A DNA stretch of 64,000 nt. Source: Paraspadella gotoi. Its lineage: Eukaryota > Animalia > Chaetognatha. The position numbers and the translations under genes were made by a program. Below the pieces are notes generated by a model that searched no databases, had not been told where the DNA came from, and saw nothing but the letters and a program-made list of their open reading frames with translations. Numbering within the stretch: the stretch's first letter is position 1; each line of letters starts with the position of its first letter. Of the stretch, positions 14,070 through 27,299 are shown piece after piece. The stretch lies in the NCBI GenBank assembly GCA_051294375.1, contig CM119266.1, positions 14,302,755 to 14,366,754 on the forward strand. Reading direction: 5' to 3'.

Positions 14070-16710
14070 TCTCCATCTCTCGCTTATTCTTACGCGTTGC
14101 CACCCTCTTCACCCCATTTCGAGTAGGCACCCCTATCGCTTCTTACCCCCTATCGCACCATAACAACCACCCTTTCCCACCTCGCTCCCGCTTGACCTCG
14201 AGGCACCCCACTCCCTTCCTACCCCTTGCTGTCCAACCCCGTCCGCCCCCAGATGCCACGACGTGGCTCGTCGTTTCGCTCCATGCATATGGATCTCGAT
14301 TGGGCCTAACGGCGCGCGGGGGAGAGCGGGCGCGTTGCGATCGGGCGCGGCAGAGGTCGGGCGCTTTGGCGGGCGGAGCGGGTTTTATGAGCGGAAGAAA
14401 ACGCCATGACTCGCGGCGCATTCGTGGTGGAAAGAAGGATTCTTAACGGTTATGATTATATTGTTACACATATAAAATTAATGTAATGGAATGTATCTTT
14501 TTCAAATATAATTCCTAAACTTGCGCAACCGGGTGAACCCAAAGATTTTTATAGTTAAAAATTCCTGAAAATTAACTTTTCGGTTGTGGCGTATCAAAAA
14601 ATCTATTTGATCTTAATATTACTTGATTCTGACTTATTGCAAATCTTAATTCAATCAGTTTTTAAAATAGGATTAGATGTCGACTCTCATTTTAAAATTA
14701 AATAATTTGACGATCAAGAATCTAATACCTTTTAATATATATTAACTACCCCCTCGATCACCATACCTCCCATCTGCAACCTCACAATTGCCGCCCTCTC
14801 GTTCTCCGTCCGATCTAACCGCGTTCGTCAGTCGATTCCATCCTCTGCGGAGGTCTTCTGGTCCTCTGCAGGGACCCCGCTCCGTGACGCCGCGCGCTGT
14901 GCGACCGCGGGCACTCCTCGTACGGCTGTTTGTCCGGTGCGCGGGTCCGATTTTTTACGGGACGGACATTGTTCGGAAGCTGTTGACCGGTTTCGTTGTT
15001 TTACTTGTTATTAGAGAGAGGAAAAGAGAGAAGAGAGAGAGAGGAGAGTGAGAGGAGAGAGTTCCGAGAGAGAAGAGAGAATGAGAGAGAGAGAGATGAG
15101 CCCTGAGCGGTAACAAGATTAATCTGTCACAAATCTGAGTTGTCAGTTAATTAAGTTGTCCGTTTGGTCTTGACCAAAAATTGTTTTCAATTGGACTGAT
15201 GCTGAAAAAATAAAAGGGAGATTTTTTCTCTCGGGACAAGCAACCGTATCAAATTGAAATGGAAACAACCGACGGACGACGACGAACGACGACGAACCGT
15301 CTCCGCGACGATTGATAATATTGAAATTCGTCGCAATTTTGGGATTTCGCGACAACGTCCGTTGAAACGTTCGATAAATAGTTTTTTTATTATCTGGTGT
15401 GTCAATTCAGTAGATTTAACGAGATCAACGTAAATACCACCATAATTGCATTTTTTTTTTTTGCTTCAGATTTTTTCAAGCATAGAGTTCTTTCATTTTT
15501 ATTCATATCCCTTGTTTCGCTCATTTTTTTCCTTCCTTTATCCTTTCTCCGTCCATTCTTTGCTCTCAGTTTTTCACGCTCGCCTTTTTCTTCCTCCCTT
15601 TATTTTTAAAGAGATTGTAATGATTGTCCGCTCATCCTGTCTCCTCCGTCTCTCCTCCTCCTACCCCACGCGCCCTCTCCCATCACCTTCTCTTCCTCCT
15701 CCTTCTTTCGCGAAATCTAGGATCTCAATTTTTTTCGCGGTTCTCGACCAATCTAGCACGCTCGTCTTGCGTCGTACTGGTCTTTCGTCGTCGTGCGTTC
15801 TTCATCCCATGTTATCGCCTCTTTCTCTTTTTTTGTGTCTTCTTTTTCTGTTTCGAGTCTTGTTGGTCATGCTGTTTCTGTACGTCGGTTCGCTCGGTCA
15901 ATCGGTTAAATATATATACCGCCGCTGAACCTGGACGGACTCGTTTTTCGAGACACTTCCGCAGTGGCTACTAAGCATGGTTTTCTCCGCCAGTTCGTTG
16001 TAGTAGCTGCCAATTGCGCGTTATTCAGATTTAGAAACATCCGTTACCTATACTTTAAATCGTATCTCCTTACTTAAGTACATCTCGTTTCGATGAAAAA
16101 TATACAGAGAATGCTATCCGATTAACCCTGCGTTTTCACATTTAATGGTTAAAATTGTTTCATGCATTCCCTAATATAAACAATAATTTTAAAAAATTAA
16201 AGCTTCTCCATCTCCTATGCGTTCTTACGAACATATTAGCGTAATCTTGTTTTTAGCCTCCTCGCGCCTTCTCTTCCTCCCGTTTGCTCCCTAGCTGTTC
16301 TCCTTCTCCTCCTGCACTCGCGCCTACGATTTATCAACGCCGCCCTCCCCCGCTGTGTTTTTCTCTCTCACTTTTCCTCTGATCTCTCGTCGTCCTGTCT
16401 CGCTTTCCATACGATCGCACTAATAAAAAGGGACAAGAGAAAATAGTAACGCTTGTTTATTTATCAATTTCTTCTCTTTAGTCGGCAATTTTTATTCCTC
16501 GTTTTCGAAGACTCGAAATAGTATTATATTTATTCTTTTTAACAAAATATAATGAAAAAATTCCAGCTTATTATTCAATGCTCGTAAAACGAGGAAAAGA
16601 AATACATAATTAGTCCATATTTCGTATATTATAAAAGTGCATTGACAATTTCTTGCGCAACGAACGTTGAGTATTTTATTTTTCTGACCAAAACAGAATA
16701 TAAACACACA
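9350..16710 (+). repeat. Direct duplicate of the Tbx20 upstream region (~17950-24470)
   Basis: 9350-11480 matches 17950-20200. 12765-16710 matches 20879-24470, e.g. GTCGACGATGTG(G)GCTGAAACAAAACATGAAG in both. Stops just short of the position equivalent to the Tbx20 ATG. Confidence 0.9.
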
Positions 16711-16719
16711 CAGCCTCAT

Positions 16720-17306
16720 CCTCACAACCTCACCCTCTTCTCAATTTCCTCCGATTCTGTCTCCTTCCGACTCAGATTCTCAGGTGAGTGAATCGAGAAA
16801 ATGAAAATCCAGCCGAAGTCGTTCGTCCGTGAGAGAAACCTGGGCGGAGGATTCGCTGAAGGAGGCCTTCGCATCGAACGGCCAAGATACATATATAAAG
16901 GTCAATAACAAAATAAATAGACGTATAAATAAAATTAAAATAAAATTAATTGATTTTTAGTAAAACCTTGAAGCATTCCTATTCTTTTGGTCAGTTGTGT
17001 ACAACTCTGAAAGTATAAGGGAAGTTTGTACCGAATTTGGCTAACAATATGTCAAAGAAGGCAGACAAATTTGCCCTTATCAAAAGACAAAGGCGCGTTG
17101 CTGCGTGTAACGCGTAATGCGCAGATTGTATTGCGTAGTTCCATCCTCGATTCTCGTTGTCATCGCAACGATTTTATCTTTTTTTTCTTTCACCGATTTT
17201 TTTTTTCTCCGCTAACTTGAGCTTTCCAATCGAAAAATAAATCGCAAATCCCTCGTCACGCCCTCCTGATTCTCTCTCTCGTCTCTCTCTTCTCTCTCTC
17301 TCTCTC
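16720..17306 (-). repeat. Inverted copy of 3700-4053 joined to 5896-6110 (transposon-free version)
   Basis: Reverse complement matches both flanks of the 4054-5891 element with no insert between them. Confidence 0.88.
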
Positions 17307-20205
17307 NNNNNNNNNNNNNNNNNNNNNNNNNNNNNNNNNNNNNNNNNNNNNNNNNNNNNNNNNNNNNNNNNNNNNNNNNNNNNNNNNNNNNNNNNNNNNN
17401 NNNNNNNNNNNNNNNNNNNNNNNNNNNNNNNNNNNNNNNNNNNNNNNNNNNNNNNNNNNNNNNNNNNNNNNNNNNNNNNNNNNNNNNNNNNNNNNNNNNN
17501 NNNNNNNNNNNNNNNNNNNNNNNNNNNNNNNNNNNNNNNNNNNNNNNNNNNNNNNNNNNNNNNNNNNNNNNNNNNNNNNNNNNNNNNNNNNNNNNNNNNN
17601 NNNNNNNNNNNNNNNNNNNNNNNNNNNNNNNNNNNNNNNNNNNNNNNNNNNNNNNNNNNNNNNNNNNNNNNNNNNNNNNNNNNNNNNNNNNNNNNNNNNN
17701 NNNNNNNNNNNNNNNNNNNNNNNNNNNNNNNNNNNNNNNNNNNNNNNNNNNNNNNNNNNNNNNNNNNNNNNNNNNNNNNNNNNNNNNNNNNNNNNNNNNN
17801 NNNNNNNNNNNNNNNNNNNNNNNNNNNNNNNNNNNNNNNNNNNNNNNNNNNNNNNNNNNNNNNNNNNNNNNNNNNNNNNNNNNNNNNNNNNNNNNNAGAG
17901 AGAGATTCTCTCTCTTCTCTCTCATCGTATCTCTCTCTCTACCATCCATCACCGCTCTCTCTCTCGTCCTCTCTCTCTCCTCCGCTGCTCTTTCTCGTCA
18001 CCCACGATTCAATATTTTTTCACGCTTCGTGCGCACTTCTGTTCGTCGTCAGCTATCGTCGTCGTCAATCGGTCGTCGCGGTGATGGACCGCGGATGGGG
18101 GCGCCGCAAGCCCATATTCAATTTCCATGCGCGCATACTGATAGTATTAGCGCGAGTATGCGAGATCTACCATGCATGCCTGAGACGTCACGCTGAGTGA
18201 GAGACCGCTCTGTTCGAGAGCACTGTGTGTGAGGTCGGCCTGGAGAGGGATCAGGATTATCACTATGACGTAGTTGCTATGTGCTCGCTAGCTGCTAGCG
18301 CTGCAGGATTCGCTCTATACCAGCACCTAGAGATCTTATCAGTCTTCGTATAGTACACAGATTATCTGAGATCGTAGAGCTTTAGTATGCAGGTGATGCT
18401 CTGTGTATGTGTGAGATCAGTGCACATATATACAATGTGTGAACTGGATAGTCGAACGCACGAAGGGCGCGGCGAGGCTGTATCGATACCTCGATCTCCA
18501 TCAAGATTTACTTACCACCGGTTTTTGTGCTAAAAAAAACCTTTTTTTGTAAAGAACGAAAACTCGCCCGGAAGTCCGTCGTTTTAGAGGAACAAAAAAG
18601 AAGACGATCTGTATCTTCTGTAATAGATGTTCATTCCGCTATGGGGAGACAGCGAAAACATGGGCAGAGTATCGCGGCGCCGATAGAAAAGTACGTTGGC
18701 GAATCGAGAATCGAAGGGGACGAACCTTATATTTATCGGCCGGCTTTTTTGCCGTCAAATTAAGTGGGCGCTGCGGGCGCCGTGGGGAGCGCACCCATCG
18801 ATTCCCGCCTTCTCTCCCTCGGACGCGACGCTCGAAACGAACCTTGCCTTACGCATTTTTTTTTTCTTTTCTTTTTTCTACGTTCATTCGATTCGGTGGA
18901 TCTTTATGCAAGAGTCTGAGGCGGGTGGGCGCAGTTCCTTGTACTTTTTGTTGGTTGCTCTCTCTCTCTCGTTCTCTCTCTCTCTCTCTCTCGTTTCTCC
19001 CTCTGTCTGTCTCGTCTTCTCTCTCTGCTCTCTTCTCCCTCTATCTCTTCTCTCTCTCCGTATCGTGGAATTAGCTCTCGTGATCCCTGTTTCCTTTTCC
19101 GATCCATATTCCACAACCCCACCCTTTGACTCCCCCTTGACAAAAACTGAGTTTGACCCCCGAGGCCAACCCCCATAGCTTTCCACCCCATAGGACTTTG
19201 CTCGCTTTTCCTACCCCCTCCCGCCCTAAATAGACCTGTTCGTTTCACCCCTTATAGACCCTTATCTTAGTGTGGACATCTATTTGGTGGCCTAGCAGTG
19301 GAGGTGTCTGCTTGCTCATACCTATATGACATTTGTGCTCGGCGTCGGCCGTATAGGATGCGATTTTTCCTTCACTTCTGCTCTCCTCTCTCATCATCTC
19401 CGGTCGTCTCTCTTCGTCCTCTCTGCTCTGTCTCCTCGTCTCTCTGCTCTCTCCTCTCTCTCTGCTCTGTTCTTTCGCTCCTTGACTCACCGTGTCATCC
19501 TTTCAGCTTTCCTTGTATATGATTACTATCTACTAAATCGCCTACTCTTTTCTTTTTAATTTTTTTTTGGTGCCTTTTTTTCTTTTTTCTTGTCCCCTCA
19601 CGCGACCAGTCTCCATTCGCTCCTTCCTTCTCTCTCACCTACATCGTCGTCTCGCACGATAATTTGCCCCGCGCCCAAACGATCGATTAGACCGGAAATG
19701 GTTTAGATATTTATTGCGCCCCCTACGATGACGCTCCGAAGGGACGGAAGTGAGATAACAGTAGTTAATGTAACGATTTCACAGAATAACGTTCGATTAC
19801 AGGTGACGGTGAAGAGAAAAAAGGAAATGTCGATGGCGTACGTTGGCAAAGAACTGAGTGGGCCGGGTAGTGAAGTGGTTTGGTGTGAAGGGCAGGAATA
19901 ATACTTTAAAAAGGACAATCTTCATCTTACAAAGTTGAAAGGTCAAAAGGAGATCTCCTTCACTCTGGCTCTCGTTCACCCCTTTCTATTGATGTTAGAA
20001 AATGCCTTAAAAGGACGACGACGACGACGACGACGACGACGAAAACTACGACGGTTCTCGGCACCAGGTCCTTCGACGGCGCCAAAGTCAATAAGCGTTG
20101 AACATCGATATCAACGATTTTTCGGTTTGTTTACAAACAATCGAACCAATTAAATGCCAAGAGACGAGGAAGCCCGGAAAATCCGGCAAAGGAATAGAGC
20201 GAGAA

Positions 20206-20247
<42 letters not shown>

Positions 20248-20251
20248 AGAG

Positions 20252-20301
<50 letters not shown>

Positions 20302-21934
20302 GAGGAGACGAAAGAGAGAGAAAAGAAAGCTCCTGGTTTTTTTTTTGCGACGAGGACATAAACAAGCACTTCAAAAATCGTCGATTGGGCCTCAAAACTG
20401 CAGGTGATGCGCCGCCGCGCTGACNNNNNNNNNNNNNNNNNNNNNNNNNACCGACAACGACAACAACAAAAAACGAACATCGTCGTGATTCGGAAAAGCT
20501 TTTTCACCGTCGATCACTTTCGCCTGTTTGCGGTGAGTCGGCCCGACCCCGTGTGATTCGCCCCATAATGACGACGAGACGCCCCGTGACGCAATGATCG
20601 CCGCGGGCGAAAGTAGTTGGNNNNNNNNNNNNNNNNNNNNNNNNNNNNNNNNNNNNNNNNNNNNNNNNNNNNNNNNNNNNNNNNNNNNNNNNNNNNNNNN
20701 NNNNNNNNNNNNNNNNNNNNNNNNNNNNNNNNNNNNNNNNNNNNNNNNNNNNNNNNNNNNNNNNNNNNNNNNNNNNNNNNNNNNNNNNNNNNNNNNNNNN
20801 NNNNNNNNNNNNNNNNNNNNNNNNNNNNNNNNNNNNNNNNNNNNNNNNNNNNNNNNNNNNNNNNNNNNNNNNNNNNNNGGACTGTCGAGTCGACGATGTG
20901 GCTGAAACAAAACATGAAGAAAACAGAACACAGATTTGTACAGAACGAAAAGTCGTTTGTTTAATATTTTAACTTTAACGTATTTGCGTGTAATTATTAA
21001 TAGTTAAAATTGTATAATTCCCTATATCAATATAAGTGAAAATTGTTAGCAAAGATCCAAAGAATTAGCAATAAATGACAAAAAACCGATTGCACTTTTA
21101 ACACTCCGAAAATATTTTGTTCCAAGCTTTAGTCAACGTTCACAATCGTAAACAAATCATTTCCGGTTTTCACTTCCTTCATTTTTTGTTCTGCCTCCGT
21201 CGTAATTGTTTTCAAATTCGAAATCTAATCAGGGATCGAGATCTCTCGCCGTTTGGACGCCGATTCACATTCACCGATTCGCTCATTCACTCATTCACTC
21301 ATTGGCCGAGTCGCTCATTCGTTCACCACCCGAGTTCACTTTCGTTCCAAAGGTTTCACTGTCGTCGTGAAATGAACCGCGACTCAATGAAACGGGGAAT
21401 CGAGTCGGGGGCGCTGAGTCGGCGAAGCGTCGAGAACAGAGATTGGCAGTCAATTTACCGTTCGGGCGAATTAATGGTTCCACTTCGAATGAGTTTTTTT
21501 TTTATGTGGGGCAACGATGGTCGCAGCGAATGAGTCGGTATGAGAAGAATTAGGCAAGGTAGACTAACAATGCATCTAAAAGTCTTGGGCCTAATCGTTG
21601 AAACGGTAAACGTCTTTCGTTACCTCTACCCTAAATCTTCATACATAGTCGTCAATTCGTCATTATTCCATCGTCGTCATCGTCGCTTTCGTCCTTGTCG
21701 TCATCGTCATCGTCACGGTCGTCGTCAAGGAAAACCTCCTCCGCGCCCCCCCCCCCGCCGCGCGGTTGTCCCTCCCAACGGGGCGCCCTCTCTCCGCGGG
21801 GGTTTTAGGCGCGGTTCCGGTCCGAGGGACTCCAATTTCAAAACAGTTTCCAATAATCTCGAGGAGAGCTTCTGTACGTTGTGTTGAGGATTGTGAGCCT
21901 CTCCTCTCTCTCCTGCTCTCTCTCGTCTCTCTCT

Positions 21935-21986
<52 letters not shown>

Positions 21987-22922
21987 TTCTACGGTTGCCA
22001 CCCTCTTCACCCCAATCCGGGTAGGGGTCTAGATGGGGTGGCCCCCCCAACCCCCTCTCCCCCTTTTTTACCCCCGCAGCTTTTTCTTTAACCCCCCCTG
22101 TCCACCATTAACACACCACTCCTTGCCACCTCTCCCCTACCTCGGAGGCACCCCACTCCCCTCCTACCCCTTGCGTCCACCCCGCCGCCCCAGATGCCAG
22201 CGACGTGGCTCGTCGTCGCTCCTCAATATGGACTCGATTGGCCAAGGGCGCGCGGGAGAGCGGGCGTGCGATCGGGCGCGCGGTCGGGCGGCGTTGGCGT
22301 CGGAGCGGTTTTATGGCGCGGAGAAGAACGCCATTGACGCCGCATCGTGGTTGGAAAGAGGATTCTTAACGGTTATGATATATTTGTTACACATTATAAA
22401 ATTAATGTAAGGAATGTATCTTTTTCAAATATTAATTCCTAAAACTTCGCAAGGTGAACCCAAAGATTTTTATAGTTAAAATTCCGAAAATAACTTTTGG
22501 TTGTGGCGTATCATAAAATCTATTTGACTCTTATATTACTTGATTCTGACTTATGCAAATCTTAATTCAATCAGTTTTAAAATAGGATTAAGATGTCGAC
22601 TCTCATTTTAAAATAAAAATTTGACGATCAAGAATCTAATACCTTTTAATATATATTAACTACCCCCTCGATCACCAACCTCCATCGCAACCTCACAATT
22701 GCCTCTCGTTCTCCGTCCGATCAACCGCGTCGTCAGCCGATTCCATCCTCGCGGAGGTCTCTGCGCTGCGGACCCCGCTCCGTGACGCCGCGGCGCTGTG
22801 CGACCGCGGGCACCGTAACCGCGTTTCCGGTGCGCGGTCCGATTTTTACGGGACGGACATTGTTCGGAAGCGTTGGCCGGTTCGTTGTTTTACATGTTAT
22901 TAGAGAGAGAGAGAAAAGAGAG

Positions 22923-22993
<71 letters not shown>

Positions 22994-24481
22994 AGAGATA
23001 GCCGCCTGAAAGGGAACAAGATATTCCTCTGTCACAAAGTCTGAGTTGTCAGTTAATTAAGTGTCCGTTGGTCTTGACCAAAAATTGTTTTCAATTGACT
23101 GTTGCTAAAAAATAAAAGGGAGATTTTTCTCCGGGACAACAACTATCAAATGAAATGGAAACAACGACGACGACGACGACGACGACGAACCGTCTCCGCG
23201 ACGATTGATAATATTGAAATTCGTCGCAATTGGGATTTCGCGACAACGAGTCCGTTGAAACGTTCGATAAAATGATTTTTTTATTATCTGTGTGGCAATC
23301 ATAGATTTTAAGAGATCAACGTAAATACCACCATAATTGCATTTTTTTTTTGGCTTCAGATTTTTTCAAGCATAGTAGTTCTTTCCAGTTTTTTATTTCA
23401 TATCCTTGTTTCGCTCATTTTTTTCCTTTTCCTTTTCCTTTTCTCCGTTCCATTCTTTGCTCTTCAGTTTTCACGCTCTTTTTCTTCCTCCCTTTTTAAA
23501 GAGATTGTAATGATTGTCCGCTCATCCTTCTCCTCCTCCTCCTCCTCCCGCTCCTCCATCACCTTCTCTTCCTCCTCCTTCTTTCGCGAAATCTAGATCT
23601 TCATTTTCGGTCTCGACCAATCAGCACTCGTCTCGTCGTCGTCTTTCGTCGTCGTCGTCTTCATCGATGTATCGTCGCTCTTTCTCTTTTTTTTTCTTCT
23701 TTTCTTTTCGTCGTCGTTGTCATCGTGTTTCGTCGTCGTCGTCGTCATCGTCGGAATTTCTTTACCGCCGCTGACCTGACGACGTTTTCGAGAATTCGCT
23801 AAATGGTTTCTCGCAGTTCGTGAGTAGTTGCCCATTTGCGCGTATTCAATTTAGAAACATCCGTTATACTTTAAATTATTCTCTTATTAAGTACATCTCG
23901 TTTCGATGAAAATTCACGGTATCCGATAACTTTTCACATTAATGTTAAAATTGTTTTCATGCATTCCCTAAAATATAAACAAAATTTAAAAAAATAAAAG
24001 TTCTCCATCTCCCTCATCGTTCTACGAACATATTAGCGTAATCTTTTTTTTCCTCCTCGCGCCTCCTCTTCCTCCCGTTTCTCCCTCTTCCTCCTCCTCC
24101 TCCTCATCGCGCCAATTTCACGCCGCCTCCCCCGAGTTTTTCTCTCTCACTTCTCTGTCTCTGTCTCTGTCTCGCTTCCATCGATCGCAAAAAAAAGGGA
24201 AGAAAAAATAACTTTTTTTTATCAATTTCTTCTTCTTTAGTCGGCAAATTTTTATTCCTCGTTTTCGAAGATCGAAATATATTTATTCTTTTTTAAAAAA
24301 TAAATTAAAAAAATTCCAACTTTATATTCAGCTCGTAAAACGAGAAAAAAACTATTAGTTCGCATAATTCGATATTATAAATGCGTTGAAAGCAGCTCTT
24401 CTTCGCAACTTCTTGGACTAACGTGAGATTTTTTTTTTCGACCAAAAAAATATAAACAAACAAAAACACATTGAAATCACC

Positions 24482-25550
24482 ATGGCGATGGAATCGTCGC
24501 GTCTCTGTCGATCGCCCACGATGCCATCCGCGGCGCCGTCTCTTCCCGGCGTTCGTCGTCCGGCGCCGTCGCCTCTCCCAACCTTCACTCACACCAAAGC
24601 GCCCAAGATGTTCGCAGCATCGGCGTCCAAAATCGGCGCTGGTTCAGCGCCTGCTCCTTCTTCGCCTTCGCGATCCTCTCCATCGCCGCCAATCGATCCA
24701 CAGTCCCGCGCTTCTGGCGGCGACGTCGCTAGATTGAGCGGCGTTTCCTCCAAGCGGCGCGCCTCGGCGTCGCCGCCGTCTCCTCCTCAGTCGCGCCCTC
24801 GAACGGTGTCGCCGCCGGAAGTCGGCGTCGTCGGAAAGACGACGTTCTCCGGACGGCGAGCTCCGGCGCTGTCGCCGAGACGCGAAGTCAACGTCGGTGT
24901 GGTCGACGACAGTTTCTCGCGTTCATCCTCTCCGGGCGCCTCACCTTTGCCCTCGCCAAAACCCTACCTCTCTCGTCCTCCGCCGCCTTCGGCCTCGCCC
25001 TTACCTTCTCCCAAACCTTACCTCTCCCGCCCTCCGCCCTCGGAATCGCCCGACGTTGATCCCGTCTCCTCGCCGCCTCCGGCCGCCACCGCGCCCGCCG
25101 GGTTGCCCCCTCCTCCCTCCATGCACCACCCACATCCCGTTCACCCACTCCACCACCCGATGCCACTTCGTCATCCCCACCACCCTCACCCACACCACCT
25201 CCTCCACCCTCGCCACCCCCACCTTCTCGTCAACGGACTCTCTTCTTCTCCTCAAAAGCCCCAACTCTCTCTGAAGGCGTCGGCGTTTTCCATCGACTCT
25301 CTCATCTCCTCCAAAGCCGCGTCGAAGGGTGACCCGCCGCCGGCGCATTCCTCGCCGCAGCCCCACCATCCCGCCGCCGCTGCCGCAGCCGCCGCGGCCG
25401 CCGCGGCCCTCTCCCGGGCCCACTCGCCCCCGATTCACGGGATGGCTTCTCACCCGCTGGCCATCCCCCACGCGCAATTCGCGGCCGCCGCTGCCGCCGC
25501 CGCCGTCAAGGGAAGGAGAGCCGAGGAAGATCACGCGATGGCGCCTTTGG
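24482..25550 (+). CDS. Tbx20: Tbx20/H15-family T-box transcription factor, coding exon 1 (long S/P/H/A-rich N-terminus with eh1 motif)
   Basis: Open frame from ATG 24482 (context ATCACCATGG) to donor TTGG|GTAAGA at 25551, phase 1. Encodes KPQLSLKASAFSIDSLISS, matching vertebrate TBX20 KPQLSSRANAFSIAALMSS as recalled. Ends ...MAPL-E, like TBX20 IKPL-E. The start codon is less certain than the 3' end. Confidence 0.88.
25286..25306 (+). other. eh1 (Groucho/TLE-binding) motif FSIDSLI
   Basis: FSIxxLI consensus at residue ~269 of exon 1, preceded by KPQLS as in Tbx20 orthologues. Confidence 0.85.
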
Positions 25551-26222
25551 GTAAGAAATTGCGTAGAGGCGTAGTCTTTTTGGTTTCACGATTGTTTTTT
25601 TTTTCGCAAGACCTCTGTCGAAAAACGCCCTTTGGGTGTAGAACTGAAATTAAAGATTCGTGACCAATACGACGATATTTCCGAATCTTTACTTTTATTT
25701 CCGCCTCCTACAAAAAATATGTTCTTTTAATTTTCTGTAATGAAAAATGAAAAAAAAAACGCCCAGAAGACGAGCAAAATGAAGTGGGCGGTTCAACAGA
25801 ACAGAAATCTTGCCATCCCACCTTCAAAGTAAATCGCTATTATACGTGTAACGATCGCTACATAAAAAAAGTTCCACCCTTTCACAAAAACATTCGAAAA
25901 ATATTCGTTGCACTCAGTAGATTAAACGTTTTATTTTACAATTACTGAAACTTTTGAAGTTATGAGTAATGTGTGATTGCCCCCACAAAATTCTTAATAT
26001 TTTTTTCGATAATTATTATTATTAATTTATTAGTATTATTATCGATCGTTACTTATCGAGTCAAGGGGGTAATAGAAATTAGCACGTTCGGTTCTCTAAC
26101 TCGTTCGTCGATCTTTCTATCTCTATAAATTTCGGAGGAAAATGGGAAAGCCTCTCCTCCCTTCTCGGCGGTCGTAAATCGATTGTGCGGATCAATGTAT
26201 CGCCGATTCTCTAGACTCGATA

Positions 26223-26465
26223 CAGGGTGCGTCGAATTATTTTAAAGCTTAACGTCGCCTGGATTTTTAGTCAGTTATTTTCGAGAGAACCGACGTTTTG
26301 TATGATTTTTAAAAGTAAGCGATTTTATGTGTAGTTAAGTTCAGGATACATTCTTGTTTGTATTCTACTTTTTTTTTTATTTTAGTAACTTTAAATTCCT
26401 TCGATTCACTTCCGTATGTCCGAACACTCACTCCCTTATTTTTTTATCCAAAGGGCCGCCCCCTG
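26223..26465. mobile_element. Possible degenerate Tc1/mariner-type MITE in Tbx20 intron 1
   Basis: TA|CAGGGTGCGTC ... GCCGCCCCCTG|TA: imperfect 11-bp TIR (9/11) with TA on both sides and an AT-rich interior. Confidence 0.4.
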
Positions 26466-27253
26466 TACGGCCCTTCGAGAAGTGCCTGATATAATGATTA
26501 ACCGCGGGTCTTAACATTTGTCCTCGCGTCTTCGGTGGCCCTCCAATGGAAAAAAAAGAAGAGGAACCGAAATAAAAAAGAAAGTTTCGTGGAAAAAAAA
26601 AAAGAAAAGCCGCGCGGCGGCGCTGACACGACCGTAATTCAACTCGCCCGTCAAACCGGGGCGGGAAAACGAATTACACTTTTGACTTTTATACTTCGTT
26701 GCCGCTGATATAGTGGGAAATGATAATGGCTTTTTTTTCGGACGATGACCAAACCCAAAGTTAAGGCGTGAGAATGAAGAAGTCACTCGTTAGTGACTGT
26801 GTGGTTTCCATGTAATTTTTTTTTTTTTTTTTTTGGAACGCGTCACGTGATCTTGGCGGCGTTGCTTCTTTTTGGTGTCGGCTCCTTGACATGATCCCTT
26901 TTGGTGTTGCATTATTAAAAATTTTTAAAAAACCGACTTTTAAAAAATTATAGTATGCTCACTTTTCCTATTCTTTGTTTCGATAAGAGAATCTGAAAAA
27001 AAAAAACCGGTAGAACTTTAAAAATGAAGTCATTATCCATTTTTGCCTCTAATTAAAAGACTCCGTTGAATTATTTTCGGTTAAAATTTGACAAGATTGT
27101 TAATTAGCGTAAACGTTGGAACGTAATTATTGAAAAACATTGGCCCTAATTATGTTGATAACCGTCAATTTATATTAAATTTCATAGCAGAAAAGAGTAA
27201 ACTGTTTTCCTTATTGTTTTCGTCTTCCTCTGTCTCAGACTGTCTGTTTTTCC

Positions 27254-27299
<46 letters not shown>

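Noticed and set aside
18120-18450. Random-looking, homopolymer-poor insert
   Set aside because: It replaces the sequence seen at ~9540-9720 in the sister copy, which is typical of a low-quality read stretch rather than a foreign element.
25551-25663. C-terminal part of the 393-aa ORF (GKKLRRGVVF...)
   Set aside because: Read-through into intron 1. Splicing at 25550 restores the conserved PLExFVE motif.
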